This document shows, piece by piece, positions 1-7,094 of a stretch of 64,000 nucleotides of DNA. How positions within the stretch are numbered: the stretch's first letter is position 1; every line of letters begins with the position of its first letter. Location of the stretch: positions 71,717 to 135,716 of the forward strand of contig JBKDZP010000004.1 in NCBI GenBank assembly GCA_047971315.1, written 5' to 3'. The stretch is from Bacilli bacterium. Its GTDB lineage: Bacteria > Bacillota_I > Bacilli_A > RF39 > UBA660. The notes below the pieces were generated by a model. It saw nothing but the letters and a program-made list of their open reading frames with translations. It was not told the DNA's origin and made no database searches. The position numbers and the translations under genes are program-made.

Positions 1-134
1 CCATCATAAAATACAAAATTTTCTTTATTTTTATGTATTGTTTTTTCTAAAATATCATTTTTCTTCCAGCTATCTCATATTTTATTTTCAATTGTAAATT
101 CTTTTTCTTTTTCTAATTCTTCAAATTTTTTCAT
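1..134 (-). CDS. ileS: isoleucyl-tRNA synthetase, 5' end only (the gene runs off the window); in-frame TGA at codon 20
   Basis: Minus-strand ATG at 132-134, 5 nt after GGAGGTG. The translation MKKFEELEKEKEFTIENKI*DSWKKNDILEKTIHKNKENFVFYDG ends in the FxFYDGPP-type motif that precedes the HIGH region of IleRS. The TGA at 75-77 is in frame. Confidence 0.55.
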
Positions 135-147
135 TTGACACCTCCAT

Positions 148-1098
148 TTATTTTATTATTACTATTGAATAATATATTACAAATGTAATTAACATAATTA
201 TTCCTTCATTTTTTGAAATTGTTCTTTTTGTATATGAAAACATAAATAACATAATAGTTGAAATAAGTAACATAATTAAGTCAAGATAACTAAAACTAGT
301 AGGTATAACTGATCCAAATAAAGCAACTGGCATTCCAAGAACTACACCTAAATTGAAAATATTACTTCCTACTATATTTCCAATCGCTATATCTAATTCA
401 CCTTTTTTAGCTGCCATAACAGAGGTAACTAATTCTGGTAATGATGTTCCTAATGCTACAATAGTTAGTGAAATCATTCTTTGACTTACACCTAAATAAT
501 TAGCAATAAATGAAGCTCCATCTACAACTAATGTACTACCTATTACTATTCCAATTAATCCAAGTATTGTTAGTAAAATTGATTTTGGTATATTATATGC
601 AGCTGGTTCTTTTTGATCATTTGATTTATTTCTAACAATTGAAAATAAGTAGTAAATAAATACTGTGAAAAATAATAACAACACTAATCCATCAGATCTA
701 CTTATTTGATTTATCGCAGTTTTATCAAATAAATTATCAATAAATAAAATAATTAATAAACTTGATAATAATAATGTTATTGGAAGTTCTTTTCTAACTG
801 TACTATTTCTGACCTTCAATGGTCTAATAATACTTGATATTCCCAGGATTAATAATACGTTTAGAATATTACTTCCTAAAACATTACCTAAAACTATATC
901 ACCATTATTTCCTATAAGTGCTTTTATTGATACTGCTAGTTCTGGAGCACTTGTTCCAAATGAGACTATTGTTAGTCCTATTAGCATTGTTGAAATGTTG
1001 AAATTTCTTGCGACTGATGATGAACCATCAACAAAAATATCTGCTCCTTTTATTAATATAATAAAACCAATTATTAAAAGTACTACTTGTAATGTCAT
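148..1098 (-). CDS. CaCA-family cation/Ca2+ antiporter (YrbG-like)
   Basis: The ORF track gives 148..1164. The likely start is ATG at 1096-1098 (MTLQVV...) after AAAGGA. Two alpha-repeat signatures are present (GDIVLGNVLGSNILNVLLILG and GNIVGSNIFNLGVVLG), and the protein is polytopic membrane. The upstream part of the tracked ORF is T-box terminator sequence. Confidence 0.85.
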   Translation of the reverse strand: MTLQVVLLIIGFIILIKGADIFVDGSSSVARNFNISTMLIGLTIVSFGTSAPELAVSIKALIGNNGDIVLGNVLGSNILNVLLILGISSIIRPLKVRNSTVRKELPITLLLSSLLIILFIDNLFDKTAINQISRSDGLVLLLFFTVFIYYLFSIVRNKSNDQKEPAAYNIPKSILLTILGLIGIVIGSTLVVDGASFIANYLGVSQRMISLTIVALGTSLPELVTSVMAAKKGELDIAIGNIVGSNIFNLGVVLGMPVALFGSVIPTSFSYLDLIMLLISTIMLFMFSYTKRTISKNEGIIMLITFVIYYSIVIIK

Positions 1099-1118
1099 AA
1101 ATATATTCCTTTCTTGTA

Positions 1119-1318
1119 CAAAAAAAACGCCCAGTTTAAGGACGAGTTTCACTCGTGGTACCACCTTATTTTATAATACACTCGATACTATAACGCGTAA
1201 CCGGTTTTTCTTAAATATCAGAAAAACACATCAAGAGTGATTTATATATTTTTTATTTATTAGTTTACATCTACCACTAACTTTCTTTAAAATAATAAAA
1301 TATATCGTCTCTATCTTT
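1119..1318 (-). promoter_or_regulatory. T-box leader upstream of the antiporter-ileS operon
   Basis: The minus strand reads AAGG-UGGUACC-ACGAGUGAAACUCGU-CCUU, which is the canonical antiterminator with a 7-nt UGGNACC bulge (core at 1157-1165). An alternative hairpin CGUCC/GGGCG plus U8 follows (A-run 1120-1127 on plus). AGAGA and GUGGUAGA elements lie upstream. A candidate AUC-A specifier lies at 1239-1241. Confidence 0.7.
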
Positions 1319-1323
1319 TGTTT

Positions 1324-1782
1324 TTAAAGATCAACTTCATCTAGTTCATCTATTACATTTAATTGTGCTTCGACAATTTCTTTAACACGGCGTTTAAATA
1401 TTGTTATATTTCTTCTTAACATATTTGCTTCTTGTTCCGTTTTTTCAGCTTTTAATAAAGCTTCGTTAATTATTCTATTGGCGTTTTTCTTTGCATTTTC
1501 AATGATAGTTTCACTTTCACCATGAGCGTTAACTTTAATTTGTTCAGAAGTTTTTTGAGCCATTAAAATTGCTTTACTAAATGTACCTTCCATACGTTCA
1601 TATTGATTAAGTTTTTCTTTTAAGTTTTTATTTTCCAATTCAAGTTTTTGAAGTTCCATAATTTTAGAATCTTTTGTTTTAATATCTGCTACCATGCCTT
1701 CTACTTGGCTTATGATTTTATCTAAAAAACTATTTACTTGATCTGGGTCATATCCACGTATTGTACGTGTGAACTTTTCCAT
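1324..1782 (-). CDS. divIVA: DivIVA-domain cell-division protein
   Basis: MEKFTRTIRGYDPDQVNSFLDKI... matches the F..RGYD..EV..FLD signature, followed by coiled-coil sequence. Start taken at the ATG after AGAGGTGAT (the ORF track begins 12 codons earlier). Confidence 0.8.
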   Translation of the reverse strand: MEKFTRTIRGYDPDQVNSFLDKIISQVEGMVADIKTKDSKIMELQKLELENKNLKEKLNQYERMEGTFSKAILMAQKTSEQIKVNAHGESETIIENAKKNANRIINEALLKAEKTEQEANMLRRNITIFKRRVKEIVEAQLNVIDELDEVDL

Positions 1783-1839
1783 ACCATCACCTCTTGGTGC
1801 TACGTTATATTGTAGCATAAATTTTAGATTATTTCAATA

Positions 1840-2250
1840 TTACCATTCAATATTTATGTCATCATTATCGTGGATGTCTTTGCCATCTTTTTCATCAGTA
1901 ATTTTACCTTGTATATTTATATTGTTTGGTGTACATAAAAATATTCCACCACCTATTTTTTGTAAATCTCCACCTATAGCATATATAGTTCCAGCTAAAA
2001 AGTCTATTATACGTTTTGCTTGATCTGATGTTACTCTTTTTAAGTTAACAACTACAGTATTTCGCAGTTTTAAATGATCAGCAATTTGTTGAGATTCTGA
2101 ATATGCTCTTGGTTCTAATAAAATCATTTTACCGTTTCCATCGTTTTCCTGTAATGCTTCTTCTGGTTTTAAATTATAGTATTCATCTCCAGAAATATTG
2201 TTTGTGAATACATCTTCATCATTTGATAATAATTTTTTTAATATTCCCAC
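1840..2250 (-). CDS. sepF: cell division protein SepF
   Basis: 136 aa. The C-terminal core [30 protein letters not shown]...[23 protein letters not shown] is typical SepF. It is adjacent to divIVA, as in Bacillus. Confidence 0.85.
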   Translation of the reverse strand: MGILKKLLSNDEDVFTNNISGDEYYNLKPEEALQENDGNGKMILLEPRAYSESQQIADHLKLRNTVVVNLKRVTSDQAKRIIDFLAGTIYAIGGDLQKIGGGIFLCTPNNINIQGKITDEKDGKDIHDNDDINIEW

Positions 2251-2463
2251 TTTTATTCCTCCTTAATTATTTTCTTTACACTATATAATTAATAATATCA
2301 TAGTTTGAGTGAAAAGTGAATAATAAATTTACAGTTTTGTTATTTTTATGAATTTAATTATGGAGATTAGTTTAATGGTTTTATTTTATTTATAAATATG
2401 CTACTTTTTAAAGTTTTACATTATTTTATAAATTTGATAATAATTATATATAAAAAATACCAT

Positions 2464-2508
2464 TATTATAATAAAACCTATAAGATTTATTGGTACATCT
2501 TATAGGTT
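2464..2508 (-). terminator. intrinsic terminator after glyQS
   Basis: 12-bp stem aacctataagat/atcttataggtt (2475-2486 and 2497-2508), followed by a U-rich run on the minus strand. Confidence 0.6.
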
Positions 2509-2523
2509 ACATATTAATTTTTT

Positions 2524-3894
2524 CTAAAATTCTATTTGTGCAGTTATATATGATTCAACTTTATCTAAATTAAGAGTTATTTGTTCCATTGTATCTCTAT
2601 TTCTAATAGTTACAGTGCTATTATTTAGTGTTTCATCATCAATTGTTATGCAAAATGGTGTTCCGATTACATCTTGTCTTCTATATCTTTTTCCAATATT
2701 ACCTGTTTCATCATATGTTGTCATAAATTTTTTAGATAATTTTGTATAAATATCATTTGCTTTTTCTTGATGATATTTTTTAATAAGTGGCAAAATAGCT
2801 ATTTTATATGGTGCTAGAAAAGGATGTAGAGACATTACTTCTCTAGTATCATCATTTTCTAATTTTTCTATTTTATATGCATTAAATAATACTGCTAAAA
2901 CTGTTCTATCTAAACCATATGTTGATTCAATTATATATGGTATAAACTTTTCATTTGTTTCAGGGTCTAAATAAAGTTGTGGTACTCCAGAGTATTCTTG
3001 ATGTTTTGATAAATCAAAATTTGTTCGATTATGAGTTCCATTTATTTCTCCCCAACCAAATGGAAATTTAAATTCAATATCACATGCTTCTTTTGCATAG
3101 TGAGCTAATTTTTCATGATCATGAAATCTAAGTTTATCATTAGGAATACCAAGTGACTTATAGAAATTCATTCCATATTCTTTATAAAATTTATATATCT
3201 CGGAATCTGTTCCTTCTTTACAAAATGTTTGATATTCCATTTGTTCAAATTCTATTGTTCTAAAAGTAAAGTTCCCTGGTGTAATTTCATTTCTAAAAGC
3301 CTTACCTATTTGACCAATACTAAATGGAAGTTTGGTTCTAGATGTTCTTTGAACATTTAAGAAATTAACATATTCTCCTTGAGCATTTTCAGGTCTTAAA
3401 TAAACTACATTTTTAGTATCTTGAGTTACTCCTCTATATGTTTCAAACATTAGATTAAATTGTCTTATATCAGTAAAGTTGGTTTTCCCACATTTAGGAC
3501 ATGGTACTTTATTATTTTTTAAATATTCCATCATTTCTTCTATATTTAATGTATCTCCTATTGAGCTATTTTTAAAATCATTTATCATATTATCAACTCT
3601 ATGTCTTGTTTTACATTCTTTGCAATCAACAAGTGGGTCTGAAAATGATGATACATGACCTGATGCTTCCCAAACTTTAGGATGCATTAAGATTCCCGCA
3701 TCTATTTCGTAAGCATTTGGTCTTTCTTGAATAAATTTTTTTCTCCAAGCATCTTTAACATTATTTTTTAGTCTTGAACCTACAGGACCATAGTCCCAAG
3801 TATTAGCAAGCCCATCATATATTTCACTTCCTTGATATATAAATCCATATTGTTTGCAAACATTTACCATGTCTTGCATTGTAATTTCTTTCAT
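2524..3894 (-). CDS. glyQS: glycine--tRNA ligase (single-chain GlyQS type)
   Basis: 456 aa. Full-length match in pattern to class II GlyRS (MQDMVNVCKQYGFIYQGSEIYDGLANTWDYGPVG...). Preceded by a T-box. Confidence 0.95.
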   Translation of the reverse strand: MKEITMQDMVNVCKQYGFIYQGSEIYDGLANTWDYGPVGSRLKNNVKDAWRKKFIQERPNAYEIDAGILMHPKVWEASGHVSSFSDPLVDCKECKTRHRVDNMINDFKNSSIGDTLNIEEMMEYLKNNKVPCPKCGKTNFTDIRQFNLMFETYRGVTQDTKNVVYLRPENAQGEYVNFLNVQRTSRTKLPFSIGQIGKAFRNEITPGNFTFRTIEFEQMEYQTFCKEGTDSEIYKFYKEYGMNFYKSLGIPNDKLRFHDHEKLAHYAKEACDIEFKFPFGWGEINGTHNRTNFDLSKHQEYSGVPQLYLDPETNEKFIPYIIESTYGLDRTVLAVLFNAYKIEKLENDDTREVMSLHPFLAPYKIAILPLIKKYHQEKANDIYTKLSKKFMTTYDETGNIGKRYRRQDVIGTPFCITIDDETLNNSTVTIRNRDTMEQITLNLDKVESYITAQIEF

Positions 3895-3918
3895 TAAATT
3901 ATCTCCTATCTAAATATA

Positions 3919-4040
3919 CAAAAAATGATCCTATTATTTTGTAAGGACGTAATTTACGCGGTTCCACCTTACTTATTCTAATAGAATCAGCTTTAATTAT
4001 ATTGCTCAGAGGTTCCATCCTCGTCTTCGCATTTCAATAT
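3919..4040 (-). promoter_or_regulatory. T-box leader (Gly), unusually short
   Basis: The minus strand reads AAGG-UGGAACC-GCGUAAAUUACGU-CCUU (antiterminator), then a weak hairpin GUCCU/AGGAU plus U6. The only Stem I candidate is GCGAAGAC-GAGG-AUGGAA-CCUC-UGAGCA (4009-4022), with GGA-A in the loop. Confidence 0.65.
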
Positions 4041-4046
4041 ATTATT

Positions 4047-4075
4047 ATTTTATTATTAAATTTATTTTATGTCAA
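4047..4075 (-). promoter_or_regulatory. sigma-A type promoter for the glyQS leader
   Basis: TTGACA (4075..4070), a 17-nt spacer, then TAAAAT (4052..4047), read on the minus strand. Confidence 0.5.
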
Positions 4076-4083
4076 TTATTTTT

Positions 4084-4800
4084 TTATAATTCTATATTGT
4101 GATAAATATTTTGTACGTCTTCAATTTCATCTAACATTGAAATTAAACGATTAAATATTTCTAAATCTTCTCCTGTTAGTTCAATTTTTTCTTTTGGTAA
4201 CATGCTAACTTCTTCAATTTCAAATTCAATTTGAGGAAGTTTTTTAAAAATAGCTTCTTTAATTGCATATAAATCTTGTGGACTACCATATACTACTGTT
4301 AACTCATCATTTAGTTCTATATCTTCTACTTCAATGCTATTTTCTAAAAGTAAATCTAGAGTTTCTTCTTCATTTAGTCCTTTAAATCCAATAATACATA
4401 AATGATCATAATTGAACGATACACTTCCTGTTACCCCCATTTTACTTTTACATTTATTTAAAGCCGTTCTAACATTACTTATTGATCTATTAACATTATC
4501 TGTCAAACATTCAACTATTACTGTTGCTCCATTAGGTCCAAATACTTCATAACGTACAGTTTCAAAATTTTCATCAACACCACTATTTACTTTATCAATT
4601 GCTCTTTTAATTATATCGTTTGGTATTTGATCTTTTTTAGCTCTTTCTATAGTTCTTTTTAATGCTGCATTTGATATTGGATCTGTTCCACCTTTTTTAG
4701 CTAAATCATATATTTCTCTTGCGTACATTGAGTATAGTTTTGCTTTTGCAGCCCCTGTTTTTTGGATACTTGCTTTTCTAACTTCATATGCTCTTCCCAT
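4084..4800 (-). CDS. YebC/PmpR-family transcriptional regulator
   Basis: 238 aa. The YebC-family pattern is present (MGRAYEVRKASIQKTGAAKAKLYS...IKRAIDK...), with three-domain length. Confidence 0.85.
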   Translation of the reverse strand: MGRAYEVRKASIQKTGAAKAKLYSMYAREIYDLAKKGGTDPISNAALKRTIERAKKDQIPNDIIKRAIDKVNSGVDENFETVRYEVFGPNGATVIVECLTDNVNRSISNVRTALNKCKSKMGVTGSVSFNYDHLCIIGFKGLNEEETLDLLLENSIEVEDIELNDELTVVYGSPQDLYAIKEAIFKKLPQIEFEIEEVSMLPKEKIELTGEDLEIFNRLISMLDEIEDVQNIYHNIEL

Positions 4801-4947
4801 AAAAACCTTCTTTCTTACTTATATTATTTTACAATAATTTACTGTCTTTTTCAATATTTATTTAATGTCTAAAGAAATTTTAATTTATAAATTCTTTTAT
4901 TTTGTCTTATTTTTAACTTAAAATAAAAGAATAGCAATAAGCTATTC

Positions 4948-5229
4948 TTACATAAATTGTGAACATTTACCACAATCAATATTACATACTTGATTTTCTT
5001 CAGAGCATGAAAATTGAGGTGTATATGTATGTTTATATATGTGTTTATTTATTGTGTGTGTATGAATAGGACAAACATGTGGTATTTCATGATAAAATTC
5101 TTGTTCAATACATTTTGTAATTGTAGGTTCTACTACTTGTTGTTCCATTTGTCCTGATTGTGGCATAGGCATAGGATACATTTCCATCATATTCTGACGA
5201 CTATTTTTTGGGCAACAACCACCAAACAT
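4948..5229 (-). CDS. CotD-like spore coat protein (Cys/His-rich)
   Basis: 93 aa. The motif VVEPTITKCIEQEFYHEIPHVCPIHTHTINKHIYKHTYTP resembles the V.P..V...HxHPxHTxxVNxH repeats of CotD. Strong RBS AAGGGGGAA. A terminator hairpin (4929-4949) abuts the stop codon. Confidence 0.5.
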   Translation of the reverse strand: MFGGCCPKNSRQNMMEMYPMPMPQSGQMEQQVVEPTITKCIEQEFYHEIPHVCPIHTHTINKHIYKHTYTPQFSCSEENQVCNIDCGKCSQFM

Positions 5230-5466
5230 AATTAATTCCCCCTTATCTACTTTTATCTTATGTACTTAAGAGAGTTATGAATATATCATTAGCCTTTATT
5301 ATATAGTTTTAAAGTTATTTTAATAATTTTGATTTTTTACATTTGATTCACGCACAAAATAAATTTTTATAATATTTCAATAATATTTAATATTTAAATA
5401 ATTTTTAAAAAAGGTGTTTTAATGAATACAACATTTTCTTATTTAGATTCTAATGAAATATTTTAA

Positions 5467-6783
5467 CTAAAATGGCATTTTAAAGTTTCCATTTTTCATC
5501 ATTTTCATCATCTTTTTCATTTCTTCAAATTGTTTTAATAATCTGTTTACCTCTTCAACACTTCTGCCACTTCCTTTAGCAATTCTAATCTTTCTACTTG
5601 CTTTTAATATATCAGGATTTTTTCTTTCTTCTTTGGTCATTGATTTTATTATTGCTTCGATATGAGCTAAATCTTTTGGATTTATTTGAACATTATTTAA
5701 ACCTAATTTAGAAGCTCCGGGTATCATTTTTATAATATTTTCAAGTGGTCCTAATTTTTTAATTTGATTTAATTGGGAAAGAAAATCTTCTAAATCGAAA
5801 TTACCTTTTTGCATTTTTTTAGCTGCTTTTTCTGCTTCTACTTGATCTATTACTTGCTCAGCTTTTTCAATTATTGATAAAATATCTCCCATACCAAGAA
5901 TTCTACTTGCTAGTCTTTCTGGATAAAATTCTTCTAGCCCATCCATTTTTTCACTAACTCCAATATATTTTATTGGAACATTAGTCAGATGTCTAATTGA
6001 TAAAGCTGCCCCACCTCTTGTATCACCATCTAATTTAGTTAATATAGCTCCTGTTAAATTTAATTTATTATTAAATCCTTCTATTACATTTATCGCATCT
6101 TGTCCAGTCATACTATCAATTACTAATAATATTTCCTGTGGATTTAATGTATTATTTATATTATTTAATTCATCCATTAATAATTCATCTATATGAAGAC
6201 GTCCTGCAGTATCTATTAATACATAATTATAATTATTAATTTTTGCATACTCAATAGCATTTTTAGCTATTTCAACTGGATTATTTGTTCCTTCATCATA
6301 AACTGGTATATTTAATTCTTTTCCAAGTTGTTTTAATTGTTCTATTGCTGCTGGTCTATAAATATCACATGCTACAAGTAATGGATTTTTTTTATGTTTT
6401 TTTCTTAGCATATTTGCTAATTTTGCAATAGTTGTTGTTTTTCCTGCTCCTTGTAATCCAACTAACATTAATACTGCTGGATTTCCTACTAAATTAAGGT
6501 CTTTTTTTTCACCACCTAGTAATTCAACTAGTTCATCTTTTACTATTTTTACAAACATTTCACCTGGTTTTAAAGATTTTGCTACTTCTTCACCTAAAGC
6601 TTTTGTTTTTACATTATTTATAAATTCTTTTACTACAATATAATTAACATCTGCTTCTAAAAGTGCTAAACGTATTTCTCTAGTCATTACACTAATATTT
6701 TCTTCAGTAATTTTTCCATAGCCTTTAATTTTATTCATTACATTTTGTAATCTATCTCCTAAATTTTCAAACATTTTTATCAC
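5467..6783 (-). CDS. ffh: signal recognition particle protein Ffh
   Basis: 438 aa. Carries the NG domain (GLQGAGKTTT, DTAGR, TKLDGD) and a Met-rich M domain. Confidence 0.95.
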   Translation of the reverse strand: MIKMFENLGDRLQNVMNKIKGYGKITEENISVMTREIRLALLEADVNYIVVKEFINNVKTKALGEEVAKSLKPGEMFVKIVKDELVELLGGEKKDLNLVGNPAVLMLVGLQGAGKTTTIAKLANMLRKKHKKNPLLVACDIYRPAAIEQLKQLGKELNIPVYDEGTNNPVEIAKNAIEYAKINNYNYVLIDTAGRLHIDELLMDELNNINNTLNPQEILLVIDSMTGQDAINVIEGFNNKLNLTGAILTKLDGDTRGGAALSIRHLTNVPIKYIGVSEKMDGLEEFYPERLASRILGMGDILSIIEKAEQVIDQVEAEKAAKKMQKGNFDLEDFLSQLNQIKKLGPLENIIKMIPGASKLGLNNVQINPKDLAHIEAIIKSMTKEERKNPDILKASRKIRIAKGSGRSVEEVNRLLKQFEEMKKMMKMMKNGNFKMPF

Positions 6784-6989
6784 CTATTTAGTATTATATA
6801 ATAAATTTTTAAAAAAAGCCATCCTTTAGCTCAATTATAAAAACAAGTAACCAAGTAAATTTATAAGCTTAATTTGGTATCTATATGTTTAATTATTTAA
6901 ACTTAATTTCTTTAAAAAATATTTTTTGATAAATAATAATTACAAATGTTTATTCTAATACAAAAAATTGTATTTAAACAATTTAACTT

Positions 6990-7019
6990 AAAAATAAAAA
7001 CACTATATGTAGTGTTTTT
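6990..7019 (-). terminator. hairpin terminator downstream of the 848-aa gene
   Basis: The sequence aaaacacta-tatg-tagtgtttt is flanked by A/T runs and is symmetric (bidirectional). Confidence 0.5.
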
Positions 7020-7094
7020 ATAATTTTACAGAGTTAAAATTTGAAGTGCACTGTTTATTTGCACTTACTTTTTTATCATATTAGATTATTTGAA

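Noticed and set aside
995-1240. 81-aa plus-strand ORF overlapping the antiporter start and the T-box.
   Set aside because: It is antisense to a membrane-protein gene and to a recognisable T-box leader. It has no RBS.
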